DNA of 64,000 nucleotides from Syntrophales bacterium (GCA_963662405.2 CAXXKT010000001.1:2304001-2368000); one strand, 5' to 3'; positions 20,933-31,655 are shown, counted from the stretch's first letter. Numbers and translations: made by a program. Notes: generated from the sequence alone by a model not told the origin.

Positions 20933-22474
20933 ATGGATATGAACAAAATTTTACTGATCGATGATGAGGAGGATATCCTGGATGTCCTCTCCCTCTCTCT
21001 GAGGGGTGACGGGTATGATGTCATTACCGCCGTCTCGGGCGAGGAGGGCCTTGCGGCCTTCGAAAAAGAATCCCCCCCCATTATCCTGACCGATCTGAAG
21101 ATGCCGGGTATGGACGGGCTCGAGGTCTTAAAGAGAGTTAAAGTCGGCAACCCCGATACCGAAGTGATCGTTATAACCGGTCACGGAGACATGGATTCCG
21201 CCATCGATGCCCTCCGGTACGGTGCTTCTGACTTCGTCAATAAACCGGTCAGGGAAGAGGCACTCCAGATCGCCCTGAAGCGGGCCAAGGAAAAATTGGT
21301 GATCCGGGAAAAACTGAGGGCGTACACACTCGATCTTGAAAATATGTGCCATATCGCCATCGGTGAGGTGAAGCGAAAATCCGATTTTCAGGACAAACTG
21401 ATCACCCGTTCCAATGATGGAATTGTAGCGACGGATGAAAACGGCATCGTGGTGATATTCAATCCGGGGGCGGAGGCTATCTTTGGTGTGCCCCGGATTG
21501 ATGTCGTGCGGAAGATGGATTATGAGGATCTGTTTCCTCCGGAAATAGTAGATCTGTTCAGCTTGATGCTCAAAAAAGGAAAAGATATGGGGGATGTGGG
21601 GTGGCAGGAGCTTGTCCTCCGTCGAGAGGAGAGCGGTGATGTCCCCATCCGATTTTCCGCCGCGCTCCTGTATGATGGTGACGATATCATCGGCAGTGTG
21701 GGTTTTTTTCAAGATCTCAGAGAGATAAAACACCTTGAGCAGGAACTGGTCAGGTCCGAAAGACTGGCCGCAATCGGTCAAACGGTTGCCCGGCTGGCAC
21801 ACTACATCAAAAATATCCTGACCGGTCTCAAAGGGGGTACCTATATCGTCAATATTGGTCTTGACAAGAATGATACCGATAAGCTAAGAACGGGCTGGTA
21901 TATGGTGGAGAAGAATGTCGGGCGCGTGTCTTCGCTCGTTTTTGACCTTCTCACCTACTCCAAGGGGCGTGCGCCGGAGTATAGAAATTGCCAGCCGAAC
22001 GATATCGCCGAGGATGTCTGTGAACTATCGGAAGGTATGGCGATGGAGAACCAAATCAAGATCGTGAGAGATTTCGCCCCGGACGTGAAAGAGGTATTGA
22101 TGGACCCGGACATGGTCCATCGCACGCTCCTTAATCTGGTTTCAAATGCCGTTGATGCCTGTATATTCGATCTTGATAATAGCAAGGATCATAAGGTCAG
22201 AGTCACAACCCGACTTGAAAAGGGCAACATCGTCAGGTTTGAGGTGATCGATAACGGTTGCGGGATGAGCGATGAGGTCAGGGAAAAGATATTTACGACC
22301 TTCTTCAGCACCAAGGGGGGGAAGGGGACCGGTCTGGGACTTCTGGTCATTCAAAAACTGGTGGAAGAGCATCAGGGGAGTATCGAGATAGACTCTGAGG
22401 TTGGAAAGGGATCAACCTTTACGGTACGAATTCCCTATAAGAAGGCGCATAAGGGTACGGGCGTGGCTCACTGA
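20933..22474 (+). CDS. hybrid receiver-PAS-histidine kinase
   Basis: LLIDDE/DLKMPGMDG receiver domain; LAHYIKN H-box; FFSTKG, GTGLGL. Confidence 0.9.
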   Translation: MDMNKILLIDDEEDILDVLSLSLRGDGYDVITAVSGEEGLAAFEKESPPIILTDLKMPGMDGLEVLKRVKVGNPDTEVIVITGHGDMDSAIDALRYGASDFVNKPVREEALQIALKRAKEKLVIREKLRAYTLDLENMCHIAIGEVKRKSDFQDKLITRSNDGIVATDENGIVVIFNPGAEAIFGVPRIDVVRKMDYEDLFPPEIVDLFSLMLKKGKDMGDVGWQELVLRREESGDVPIRFSAALLYDGDDIIGSVGFFQDLREIKHLEQELVRSERLAAIGQTVARLAHYIKNILTGLKGGTYIVNIGLDKNDTDKLRTGWYMVEKNVGRVSSLVFDLLTYSKGRAPEYRNCQPNDIAEDVCELSEGMAMENQIKIVRDFAPDVKEVLMDPDMVHRTLLNLVSNAVDACIFDLDNSKDHKVRVTTRLEKGNIVRFEVIDNGCGMSDEVREKIFTTFFSTKGGKGTGLGLLVIQKLVEEHQGSIEIDSEVGKGSTFTVRIPYKKAHKGTGVAH

Positions 22475-22558
22475 ACCACGATAGGCAGAAGCGATTACTG
22501 TAGACACGAACAACTCGAGACTCACGATGTGAGATTCTACCGATGAAGGAGGCCTGTA

Positions 22559-22951
22559 ATGTCAAAGAGAGTTCTTACCGTTGACGATGACCCCGATATC
22601 AGCATATTTGTCAAGACGGTCTTGGAGGAGAATGGATATACTCCCCTGGTGGCACGAAACGGGGAGGCGGGGCTTTCTCTGGCGAGAGACGAGGCCCCCG
22701 ATCTGATCATCCTTGATGTGCTCATGCCCAAGCAGAGCGGTATCCGCATGTACCGTGAGCTGAAGAGTGATGATTCTCTTAAGGACATCCCGGTTGTTAT
22801 CCTCTCGGGGATTGCAAAACGCACATTTCTCCGCTCACAGGAGGCGCTCACCGAGTTCGGTGATCAACCGGTCCCTGAACCGGATGTATATATAGAAAAG
22901 CCGGTAGAACCGCTGGAACTGGCGGAAACGGTCAAGAGGCTGATAGGGTAG
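22559..22951 (+). CDS. single-domain response regulator
   Basis: VDDD, LDVLMP, EKP. Confidence 0.9.
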   Translation: MSKRVLTVDDDPDISIFVKTVLEENGYTPLVARNGEAGLSLARDEAPDLIILDVLMPKQSGIRMYRELKSDDSLKDIPVVILSGIAKRTFLRSQEALTEFGDQPVPEPDVYIEKPVEPLELAETVKRLIG

Positions 22952-22993
22952 ATACGCACGACAACAGATACGGGATACGTGAAGAAGGATACG

Positions 22994-23875
22994 ATGAAAG
23001 ATAAAAAACTACTCTTTGTGACTCAGTTTGAAGGGTTGTGGTTCGATGCCCTTCAGTCGTTGATGGACCTGAGAAAGGCGGGGTTCAACCACACGGTATT
23101 TTTACATGTCATCGAGCGTGAGAAGGTCGCCATGCACCGCGGGAAGGGGTATCTCAAGGACGAGGAGGTCCGGCTTCGCGAGATGGCGAATGTCCGCTTT
23201 ATCGATTGGGCGGAGAGCCTTTTTGAACAGGGAATGGAAGTGGGGGCCTATATCGTGGTGGGGAACCCGATCCCCAAGATCATATCCACGGCGGCGGAGG
23301 AGGACGTGGATCTTATCGTGACAGGCCGTCACAAGCAGGGGAAGCTCGAAGAACTGTACGGCGGGTCGGAGACCCTCGAGATCCTCGAGCGGACCTCGAC
23401 ACCGGTCCTCGTATATAAATATATGCTTCCCTCCGGGAAGGTGAACGAACGGCCCTTTGAGTGCCCTCTCCTCACCATGGACTGGTCGCCCGCCAGCGAG
23501 AAGGCCGTTGATTATCTCCTGACCTTCAAGGATGTCCTGAAAAAGGTGATCGCCATCCATGTGATCAACGAGAAGGAATTCAAGAGTACGTCGGCAATGG
23601 AGATTCAGTCACTTCGGAAAGAAAACAAGCAAAAACTGGAAGAGGTGTGTGCAACCTTTGAGAAAGCGGGTGTGGAAGCCGAGTCACATCTCTATGTGGG
23701 CAGCACCTTTGAGCAGATAGAAAAAGCGGCGAATGAACGAGAGGCAACGATGATCGTTGCCGGTACAACAGGTAAAAACCCCTTGAAAGAGATGTTCCTG
23801 GGATCTGTTGCCACAAAACTGACGAAACATTCAGTGCTTCCGAGTCTGCTGGTTCCTGCGAGTGTCACGATGTAA
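22994..23875 (+). CDS. universal stress protein (tandem USP domains)
   Basis: DLIVTG...GGS and IVAG...FLGSV motifs; start could be GTG 22979. Confidence 0.85.
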   Translation: MKDKKLLFVTQFEGLWFDALQSLMDLRKAGFNHTVFLHVIEREKVAMHRGKGYLKDEEVRLREMANVRFIDWAESLFEQGMEVGAYIVVGNPIPKIISTAAEEDVDLIVTGRHKQGKLEELYGGSETLEILERTSTPVLVYKYMLPSGKVNERPFECPLLTMDWSPASEKAVDYLLTFKDVLKKVIAIHVINEKEFKSTSAMEIQSLRKENKQKLEEVCATFEKAGVEAESHLYVGSTFEQIEKAANEREATMIVAGTTGKNPLKEMFLGSVATKLTKHSVLPSLLVPASVTM

Positions 23876-23921
23876 GATGTAGCGTGGGGGACATTTCCAT
23901 CGGGGGGGTAATGCGCTAAAA

Positions 23922-24665
23922 TTGCTATACGTAACTGATCTGAGCGGGTGCGATTCGCCTTTTGGTGCCCTGAAGGAACTTGTGCCCCTGCAGAAAAAAC
24001 TCTTTGACCGTATTGTCTTTGCCTTCCCCGCCTCTTCGCAAGGGGGGGGAGGTGATCTTCCCGATCCGGGAATTCCCTTCACGACAAAGACCATGGCAGA
24101 TATTTCCTTTCGAGAGGTCATTGCCGCCGCTCGTGAGGATGGTGCGTCCAGTATCGTTGTCAACTGCGAGACGGAAGCCCACGAGGCGACCCTGAGAGGG
24201 CTCGCCGCGAATTCACCCGTCCCGGTCCTTGTTATTGACCGAGGTGCACCGACCGAGGGACTCTTGAACCACGTCATCTTCGCCACCGACTGGTCTCCCT
24301 CTTCCGAGAAGGCCATGGAGCTGATCATCGCCTGTTCCGATTTTATCTATGAGTTGGACATTATTCACGTCATCAGCGAAAAGCTGACCGTGAAAGACAT
24401 GCGGGAACTCAAAGAGAAGTTGGAACACACCAGAAAGGTCTGTCTGAACGAGGGAATCAATGCGGAGTCGCACATCTATGCCGGTGATGTGGTGGAAGAG
24501 ATCTTAACGGCATCCGAGGATTACCGGGGGAGCGTGATCGTCGTGGGGGCAGACACCCGGAGGACCTTCATGGAACGGGTATGCAAGAGAAGCAGGGTCT
24601 ATTCGCTGTTACAACAGGCGGCCCTGCCCGTCTTCTTCGTTCCGTTTGCCGCAGGGGGGGATTGA
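23922..24665 (+). CDS. universal stress protein (tandem USP); start region uncertain
   Basis: FATDWSPSSEKA and ESHIYAG match the upstream USP paralog. Confidence 0.8.
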   Translation: MLYVTDLSGCDSPFGALKELVPLQKKLFDRIVFAFPASSQGGGGDLPDPGIPFTTKTMADISFREVIAAAREDGASSIVVNCETEAHEATLRGLAANSPVPVLVIDRGAPTEGLLNHVIFATDWSPSSEKAMELIIACSDFIYELDIIHVISEKLTVKDMRELKEKLEHTRKVCLNEGINAESHIYAGDVVEEILTASEDYRGSVIVVGADTRRTFMERVCKRSRVYSLLQQAALPVFFVPFAAGGD

Positions 24666-24669
24666 GGCT

Positions 24670-25392
24670 ATGGAAGTAACATTGTTTATCCATGCGGCGG
24701 ACGATGCCTTTCGTATCATTGAAAACGCGAAGGTGCAGGCCGTCGGCCTCCTCGATACGGCCACCCGGCTGACATCCGAGACACGGTGGATGGAGGAGAG
24801 AAAGCTCCAGGCCATTCTGAAAGGTGCCCAGGAGACACGGTCCGGTTTTCAGAACTTCCTTGCCACCTTTGTTATGCTGATGGCCTTCTGGGCGCTTCTC
24901 TCGGGGAAGTTCGATGCCTTTCACCTCTCGCTCGGGGTCATCTGTTCCCTGATCGTTGCATACCTCAGCCACGACCTTCTCTTTGCCAATGTGAGGGTGG
25001 GGGACGGTCGCATCATCGCCCGCCGGTTTCTGCGGTACATCCCGTGGCTCTTTCGCGAGATTGTGACGGCCAATTTCCATGTTGCCTACCTCGCCCTGTC
25101 GCCGCGGATGCCGATAAACCCGCAGATTATCAAGTTCAAAACCAAACTGGAGAGTGACATCTCATGGGTAACCCTGGCCAATTCCATAACGCTCACCCCC
25201 GGTACCATCACGATCGATATAGAGAATCGTGAGTTTATGGTTCACGCCCTTGACCAGAAGGTGGCGGACGACCTGGATACGGGGGAGATGGAAGACCGGG
25301 TGGCGCACATCTTCATGGAGGCCGACCACATCTACATTCAGGATGTGCTGGATGTCTCACGTATATTCGCGGAACTGAAGCGGGGGATCTAG
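24670..25392 (+). CDS. mrpE: Mrp antiporter subunit E
   Basis: LANSITLTPGTITID motif; start uncertain. Confidence 0.88.
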   Translation: MEVTLFIHAADDAFRIIENAKVQAVGLLDTATRLTSETRWMEERKLQAILKGAQETRSGFQNFLATFVMLMAFWALLSGKFDAFHLSLGVICSLIVAYLSHDLLFANVRVGDGRIIARRFLRYIPWLFREIVTANFHVAYLALSPRMPINPQIIKFKTKLESDISWVTLANSITLTPGTITIDIENREFMVHALDQKVADDLDTGEMEDRVAHIFMEADHIYIQDVLDVSRIFAELKRGI

Positions 25393-25890
25393 ATGATTAT
25401 CAAGAGCGATGATATTATTATAAAGACCATTGCGCGTATCTTTGTCCCCTTTATCCAACTGTACGCCCTCTACGTCATCATGCACGGTCACTACAGCCCG
25501 GGCGGGGGATTTCAAGGGGGGGTCATCCTGGGGGCGAGCCTGGCGCTGCTCCTGATCACCCACGGCTATGATGAGATGCACCGGCGGATTCCCGAGGGGA
25601 TTGTCATCCTTCTGGGGAGCGTTGGTGTCCTGATCTATGCGGGGATCGGACTGACCTGTCTCCTCCTCGGCGGCAATTATCTGGACTATAGTCAGCTGTC
25701 GGTAATCCTCCACGTTGATACCACCCATGCCCGATCTCTCGGGATACTGGGGGTCGAACTGGGTGTGGGATTCACCGTCATGGCGATCATGTACTCCATC
25801 TTTTTCGATATATCGACGGGCGGCCTTCTCCCCGGGGACGGCAAACAGAGTGGCGAATGGGGAGAACATAAAGAAACAGCCGACCTTTGA
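25393..25890 (+). CDS. mrpB: Mrp antiporter subunit B
   Basis: HGHYSPGGGFQGG. Confidence 0.88.
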   Translation: MIIKSDDIIIKTIARIFVPFIQLYALYVIMHGHYSPGGGFQGGVILGASLALLLITHGYDEMHRRIPEGIVILLGSVGVLIYAGIGLTCLLLGGNYLDYSQLSVILHVDTTHARSLGILGVELGVGFTVMAIMYSIFFDISTGGLLPGDGKQSGEWGEHKETADL

Positions 25891-25898
25891 GGTTTTCT

Positions 25899-26159
25899 AT
25901 GAATACGTTTTTCGTGGCAGTTGGACTCGGCCTGTGCCTCCTGGTTTTTCTGGTGCTCTATCGGGTGATATTCGGTCCGGGGGTCTTCAACCGCATAGCG
26001 GCCATATCCGCTATCGGCACCAAAACCTTGATCATACTTCTGGTCTTCGGGTATGTTTACCACCGGGTTGATATGTTCATCGATATCAGCATGGTCTACG
26101 CACTCCTCAATTTCATCGGGTGTGTGGCCGCGGCGAAATACCTGGAAATGGAACGGTAG
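25899..26159 (+). CDS. mrpF: Mrp antiporter subunit F
   Basis: RVIFGPGVFNR and D...YALLNF; three TM helices. Confidence 0.85.
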   Translation: MNTFFVAVGLGLCLLVFLVLYRVIFGPGVFNRIAAISAIGTKTLIILLVFGYVYHRVDMFIDISMVYALLNFIGCVAAAKYLEMER

Positions 26160-26163
26160 CGAC

Positions 26164-26478
26164 ATGGAATATATTACCGGTACTCTTGCAATCGTCTGTA
26201 TTCTCGGCGGTCTTTTCTTCTTCACGACCGCGACGATCGGCCTCTTGCGCTTCCCCGATTTTTTCACGCGGCTCCACGCCACGGGGAAGGGGGATACGCT
26301 AGCCGTTTTCCTGTGTCTGATCGGCTTTGCCCTTTACGAGGGGTTATCTCTCACCGCCCTGAAGATCATCTTTATAGCGGTCTTCATGTTTCTGGCCCAG
26401 CCGACGGCGACGCACGCTATATCGCGCGCCGGGATACGCCGCGGGCTCAAGCCGTGGGTAAAAGAGGAAGACCAATGA
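26164..26478 (+). CDS. mrpG: Mrp antiporter subunit G
   Basis: GLLRFPDFFTRLHA. Confidence 0.88.
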   Translation: MEYITGTLAIVCILGGLFFFTTATIGLLRFPDFFTRLHATGKGDTLAVFLCLIGFALYEGLSLTALKIIFIAVFMFLAQPTATHAISRAGIRRGLKPWVKEEDQ

Positions 26479-26720
26479 ACATACCCTTTGATATAATTAT
26501 TCAGCTGTTTGTCGTCATGTGTGCAATCGCGGCGATCACCGTCAGGGACCTTTTGAGCGCAGTGATGATACTCGGGGCCTACAGCTTCTTTATGTGCCTC
26601 ATGTGGGCGCAGCTCGGGGCCGTCGACGTCGCCTTTACGGAGGCGTCGGTCAGCGCGGGGATCGGGACGATCCTCTTCATTGCCGCAGTGTTGAAGACGA
26701 CCAGGAGGACAAAAGATTGA
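26475..26720 (+). CDS. Mrp-associated DUF4040/MbhD-like subunit
   Basis: AVDVAFTEASVSAG. Confidence 0.82.
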   Translation: MNIPFDIIIQLFVVMCAIAAITVRDLLSAVMILGAYSFFMCLMWAQLGAVDVAFTEASVSAGIGTILFIAAVLKTTRRTKD

Positions 26721-27010
26721 AGATACTGGGTCTGATCGTATCGATTCTTGCGGGAGCGTTTCTCGTATACGGCACTCTCGATATGCCCGACTGGGGTGAT
26801 CCCAATTCGCCTGCCAGTGTTCACGTCTCGCCCCACTATATCACGCATACCGAGGCGGAGATGGCGACGCCGAACATGGTCACCTCCGTCCTTGCCGACT
26901 ACCGGGGGTATGACACCCTTGGTGAGACGACGGTCATCTTCACGGCAGGAATGGCGTGCATCTTGCTGTTGCGGAGACGCGGAGAGGGCAGCAGGAAGAG
27001 TAGACGATAA
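26717..27010 (+). CDS. Mrp-associated MbhE-like subunit
   Basis: PNMVTSVLADYRGYDTLGE; TTG start overlaps the upstream stop. Confidence 0.82.
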   Translation: MKILGLIVSILAGAFLVYGTLDMPDWGDPNSPASVHVSPHYITHTEAEMATPNMVTSVLADYRGYDTLGETTVIFTAGMACILLLRRRGEGSRKSRR

Positions 27011-27032
27011 AGGAACCCGGGGGGGGAGCGTA

Positions 27033-27419
27033 ATGGATTTCATCATAGCGAAGTACAACTACTGGATCTACATTACCCTGATGATGATCGGCTTCTATGC
27101 GATGATCGCCAAGAACAACCTGATCAAAAAGATCATCGGGATGAATATCTTTCAGACGGCGATTATCCTTTTTTTTATTTCCATTGCCTATAAGAAGGGG
27201 GGGGCGACCCTGCCGATCCTGACTGGAGCGGATGCGCACGCACACGGAGAACACGTCATAGAGGTTTCCCAGTATCTGAATCCTCTCCCCCATGTCCTGA
27301 TGCTGACGGCGATTGTTGTTTCGATCGCGACCCTGGGGGTCGCCCTGGCCATCGCGATTATGATGTATCGTAAATACAAGACCCTGGAAGAGGATGAGAT
27401 CCTGAAGGCAATCAAATGA
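27033..27419 (+). CDS. mrpC: Mrp antiporter subunit C
   Basis: NLIKKIIG and NPLPHVLMLTAIVV. Confidence 0.88.
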   Translation: MDFIIAKYNYWIYITLMMIGFYAMIAKNNLIKKIIGMNIFQTAIILFFISIAYKKGGATLPILTGADAHAHGEHVIEVSQYLNPLPHVLMLTAIVVSIATLGVALAIAIMMYRKYKTLEEDEILKAIK

Positions 27420-28912
27420 TATTAGAACAAGCCCCTGCCCTGATCGTTATTATATCGCTTATGTCCGCGGTGGCCACGCCGCTCGTCGGCTGGATCAAGA
27501 AAGAACTGTGCTACCCGTGGGTTATCCTTGCCCTCCTGGGTTCTACATCCTGTTCGATCCTAGTGCTGAATACCGTGATACAGGAGGGGGTCATTCATTA
27601 TCATATGGGGGGGTGGCTTCCCCCGTGGGGCATCGAGTACGTTATCGATCACCTGAACGCCATGATGCTCGTCCTGATTACGGGGACCTCTCTCCTGGTG
27701 GCGGTATATTCCCGGCGGAGCCTCGAGGCGGAACTCCCCGACCGGATGGCCTATTTCTACACCCTCTTTCTCCTCCAGGTAACGGGTTTCCTGGGGATCG
27801 TCATCACGGGTGACGTCTTTAATCTCTATGTCTTCCTCGAAATCGCATCCCTGGCCGGATACGCCCTGATCGCGACGGGCGAGGAGGGGGCTCCTCTGGC
27901 CGCCTTCCGGTACCTGATTCTGGGGACCGTGGGGGCGTGTTTCTATCTGCTCGGTGTCGGGTACCTTTACATGGTGACCGGTTCCCTGAACCTGGCCGAT
28001 CTGGCAGAGATACTCCCCAAGCTTTACGGCTCCAAGGTCATCCTGGTCGCCTTTGCCTTTTTCATGGTCGGGATAGCCCTGAAGATGGCCCTGTTTCCCC
28101 TGCACCTGTGGCTGCCCGATGCCTATACCAAGGCGCCATCGGCCGCCAGCGCCCTGATCGCCCCGCTGATGACCAAGATTGCCGTCTATATTATGCTCCG
28201 GGTGATGTTTACCCTTTTCAGGCCTTATTTTTCCATTGAACTCCTCCCCGTCATGACCATCCTGCTGTATGCCGGTATCGTTGCCATCTTTGTCGGTGCG
28301 GTAATGGCCCTGGCACAGAGAAACTTCAAGCGGATGCTGTGCTATATCGTGATTGCCGAGGTCGGTTATATGGTCGGCGGTGTGGGGATAGCCAATGCCG
28401 TCGCTATCAGAGGGGCGATTCTGCATGTGATGAACGATGTCGTGATGACCCTGGGCCTCTTTGCCGTTGCCGGCATCATTGCGTACAAGATGAAAAACAG
28501 CGAGATATCCGCCTTTGATAACATATTCAAAAAGATGCCCTTTACCATGGCGGCGTTCCTCGTCGTTGCCCTCTCCGTCATCGGTGTGCCCCCCACCTGC
28601 GGTTTTTTCAGCAAGTGGTACCTGCTTCAGGGCGCCATCATGGCAGGAAATTGGCTGTTTGTAGCGGCGCTCCTCTTCTCCAGCCTGGTGAATGTCATAC
28701 TGTTCTTCAGGATTATCGAAACCGGTTATTATGATTTCGGTGCCGCAGGATCGGGACATGGGCATGGCCATCGAGAGGAATCGATGGTAAGCGAGGCGCC
28801 CCTCAGCATGTTGTTTCCCACCGTTATCGTCGCAGTGGCGATCATCCTGATCGGCCTTTACAACCAAACCATCATGACGGCCATCATTGACTTTGCGGTG
28901 CCGAAATTTTAG
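27416..28912 (+). CDS. mrpD: Mrp antiporter subunit D
   Basis: GGWLPPWGIE, DVFNLYVFLE, HLWLPDAY. Confidence 0.88.
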   Translation: MILEQAPALIVIISLMSAVATPLVGWIKKELCYPWVILALLGSTSCSILVLNTVIQEGVIHYHMGGWLPPWGIEYVIDHLNAMMLVLITGTSLLVAVYSRRSLEAELPDRMAYFYTLFLLQVTGFLGIVITGDVFNLYVFLEIASLAGYALIATGEEGAPLAAFRYLILGTVGACFYLLGVGYLYMVTGSLNLADLAEILPKLYGSKVILVAFAFFMVGIALKMALFPLHLWLPDAYTKAPSAASALIAPLMTKIAVYIMLRVMFTLFRPYFSIELLPVMTILLYAGIVAIFVGAVMALAQRNFKRMLCYIVIAEVGYMVGGVGIANAVAIRGAILHVMNDVVMTLGLFAVAGIIAYKMKNSEISAFDNIFKKMPFTMAAFLVVALSVIGVPPTCGFFSKWYLLQGAIMAGNWLFVAALLFSSLVNVILFFRIIETGYYDFGAAGSGHGHGHREESMVSEAPLSMLFPTVIVAVAIILIGLYNQTIMTAIIDFAVPKF

Positions 28913-28972
28913 GCCTTGCAGGGCTTGTCGTATTGTTCTGAAACGATTCATACCCCGAGGAAACCAACGAAT

Positions 28973-29824
28973 ATGAATACACAAAGGATTCCCCTCCTGG
29001 GGGCGCATTTGTCCATAGCGGGGGGACTGGAACGGGCGCTCATTCGGGGAGGCGCGTTGGGCTGTACGACGATTCAGCTTTTTACCAAGAGTTCGAATCA
29101 GTGGAAGGAGCGAACCCTTGAAGATTCGGAGATTACGCGATTTCATCAGGAGCGGGAACGGACCGGCATCAATCCGGTTATCTCCCATGCAGGCTATCTT
29201 ATTAACCTCGCCTCTCCCGATGATGAGGTATACCGTAAGTCTCTGGACGCTATGATTTGCGAAATCCGCCGGTGCGAACAGCTCGGGATCGATCTTCTCG
29301 TTCTTCATCCCGGTTTTCATAAGAAGCGTGGTATCGCGTGGGGAATCAATCGCATCGCGGATGCCCTCGACACGATCCACGGAGCTACCGCCGGGGCAAA
29401 GGTGCAAATCGCCTTGGAGACGACAGCGGGGCAGGGGAGCGCCATCGGGAGGAGCCTCGATGAAATCGCGCGGATTATCGAAAGGGTGGAAGAAGGTTCC
29501 CGCGTGGTCTTTTGTCTTGATACCTGCCACATGTTTGTGGCAGGATACGACCTCCGGACGCGCCAAAACTACCTTGATCTTTTACAGGAGATTGGTGATA
29601 CAATAGGCAAGCAAAGGATGAGGGTTATTCACCTGAACGATTCGAAGAAAGCGGTCGGTTCCCGGGTGGATCGCCACGAGAATATCGGGGTGGGGATGAT
29701 CGGTGAGGGTCTGTTCCGGCTGATAATGGCTGATGGGTCGTTAGTCGGTGTTCCAAAGATTATAGAGACCCCGAATGATATAGAAAATTTACAGTTGCTC
29801 AGAAGTTTTTTGAACCAAACGTAA
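28973..29824 (+). CDS. nfo: endonuclease IV
   Basis: GAHLSIAGG, HAGYLINLAS, ETTAGQG, DTCH, HLNDS, DRHENIG, ETP. Confidence 0.93.
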   Translation: MNTQRIPLLGAHLSIAGGLERALIRGGALGCTTIQLFTKSSNQWKERTLEDSEITRFHQERERTGINPVISHAGYLINLASPDDEVYRKSLDAMICEIRRCEQLGIDLLVLHPGFHKKRGIAWGINRIADALDTIHGATAGAKVQIALETTAGQGSAIGRSLDEIARIIERVEEGSRVVFCLDTCHMFVAGYDLRTRQNYLDLLQEIGDTIGKQRMRVIHLNDSKKAVGSRVDRHENIGVGMIGEGLFRLIMADGSLVGVPKIIETPNDIENLQLLRSFLNQT

Positions 29825-29835
29825 AGGAGATCGGA

Positions 29836-31527
29836 ATGAAAAGGTGTGTGTGTATTCTCTTTATTATAGGGCTTATCTTCTCCGGGCCGGTATGGGCCGA
29901 AGAAATCAAGAAAGAGGCGAAACGGGTTGCCGTTCTTCCCTTCGCGGTTCATAGCTCCGAGGATATAACCTATGTGCGGGATGGAATATGGGATATGCTG
30001 ATTTCCCGCCTCTCGGCAAGCGACGCTATGCGTATCAGCACCAAACAGGAAGTCAAAGACGCGCAGGGGCAACCCGGAACTGAGGAACAGACCATTGCCG
30101 ACGTGTATGGTCTCGGGAAACGGTTGAATCTCGATTACGCGGTATGGGGAAGTATCACGAAAATCGGCAACAGCATCAGTCTTGACGCGAAACTTCTTGA
30201 TGTCTCCACGTATAAAACACCCGTAGGTGTCTTTGAGCAGTGTCAAGGGATGGATGATGTTATCCCTCGGATTAGCGATTTTGCGAAAAAGATACAGTAC
30301 CATATCCAGGGGATCACCCCTCCTCCCACCGAGGCAGCCCCTTTGCCTTCGGCCGGAAGGAGACCTTCCGCCACTGAAACCCTGCCGCGTTCCGATGCAG
30401 AAAAGGTCATGCAGACCAGAGAGGGTACCTATACTTCCGTGATCAATCCCTCTTTTATCACGTCGGCCAACCCCCTGGCCCAAAAGGGCTTCTGGATGAG
30501 CCAGAAATACAAAAAACGATTCACAGGCATGGATATCGGGGATGTGAACAATGACGGTAAGAATGAAGTCGTTGTGATCGACCATAACTCGATACAGATC
30601 TACCAAAAAGACGGGTCGAACATGGTGTTGCTGGCCAAGCTTTCGGGGAAGCTCTACGATCAATTTCTCGCTGTTGACGTCGCCGATATCAATAACAACG
30701 GGATCCCGGAGATCATCGTGACCAATCTTTTAAAGGATGATCCCGATTCCTTCGTCATGGAGTTTCAAGACGGGACATTTAAAAAAATCGCCTCCGACCT
30801 GAGGTGGTTCATGCGGGTTATTGAAACGGATGATGGACCGGTCCTGATGGGGCAACAATTAGCGATGGGGAATCCCTTTTCCAAACCGATCTACGAGATC
30901 GTTTGGAAGGATGGCGCTTATCATGAGGGAAAACAAATGCTTATTCCCGAAGGGGTCTCCGTTTTCGGGGTGTTGTTCGCGAAAATCAATGGGGGGGTCG
31001 AGCGGGTCGTCGCGCTCGACGATTATGATCATATCAACATCTATCGAAAAACAAAGAAACCCCTCACGGAGATTCACGTCTTCGGCGGGAGTGATGATCT
31101 GATCTGGCGGAGTGATGAGGTCTATGGGGGAAGCAACACCAAACTCGATTATGATAGACGGTCATCGGGTATCGAAAGTGAGAGTACGGAAGACTCCGTA
31201 TACGTGAAGGAGAGGATCTTTGCGTACGATATTGACGGCAATGGAAAAAAAGAGTTCGTAATAATCAAAAACCTCTCCCCTTCGGGAAGGATATTCAAGA
31301 ATGTCAGGATCTTTACCCGAAGTGAGATATACAGTCTCGAATGGGACGGACTTGGGCTGGCCGAGAACTGGCGTACCCGAAAAATCCAGGGATACGTTGC
31401 GGACTATCAGATCAAGGATATCGACAATGACGGTAATGACGAGATTGTGCTGGCGGTGGGACTGGGAACAACTCTGTCAAGGAGTGTGATCGTGGCATAT
31501 GACTTGGGAACTCAAGAAGGCTCTTGA
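29836..31527 (+). CDS. secreted protein with TolB-N-like domain and FG-GAP/VCBS repeats
   Basis: Signal peptide, VAVLPF, repeated D[VI]xxxGxxE motifs. Confidence 0.8.
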   Translation: MKRCVCILFIIGLIFSGPVWAEEIKKEAKRVAVLPFAVHSSEDITYVRDGIWDMLISRLSASDAMRISTKQEVKDAQGQPGTEEQTIADVYGLGKRLNLDYAVWGSITKIGNSISLDAKLLDVSTYKTPVGVFEQCQGMDDVIPRISDFAKKIQYHIQGITPPPTEAAPLPSAGRRPSATETLPRSDAEKVMQTREGTYTSVINPSFITSANPLAQKGFWMSQKYKKRFTGMDIGDVNNDGKNEVVVIDHNSIQIYQKDGSNMVLLAKLSGKLYDQFLAVDVADINNNGIPEIIVTNLLKDDPDSFVMEFQDGTFKKIASDLRWFMRVIETDDGPVLMGQQLAMGNPFSKPIYEIVWKDGAYHEGKQMLIPEGVSVFGVLFAKINGGVERVVALDDYDHINIYRKTKKPLTEIHVFGGSDDLIWRSDEVYGGSNTKLDYDRRSSGIESESTEDSVYVKERIFAYDIDGNGKKEFVIIKNLSPSGRIFKNVRIFTRSEIYSLEWDGLGLAENWRTRKIQGYVADYQIKDIDNDGNDEIVLAVGLGTTLSRSVIVAYDLGTQEGS

Positions 31528-31571
31528 CAGAAATATAAATATGGGGTAGGAAGACTTCGCAATTCAGCAGA

Positions 31572-31648
31572 GGCGGTGTAGCTCAGATGGTTAGAGCATA
31601 CGGCTCATATCCGTAGTGTCCGGGGTTCAATTCCCTGCACCGCCACCA
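31572..31648 (+). tRNA. tRNA-Met (anticodon CAT), probably elongator
   Basis: GGCGGTG/CACCGCC acceptor stem, TACGG-CTCATAT-CCGTA anticodon arm, GTTCAA T-loop, encoded CCA. Confidence 0.95.
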
Positions 31649-31655
31649 TGATTTC

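Noticed and set aside
27560..29566. Long minus-strand ORFs (668 aa here; also 7030-8568, 47284-48675 and others)
   Set aside because: Antisense shadows of well-supported + strand genes with GC-rich third positions; no recognisable motifs
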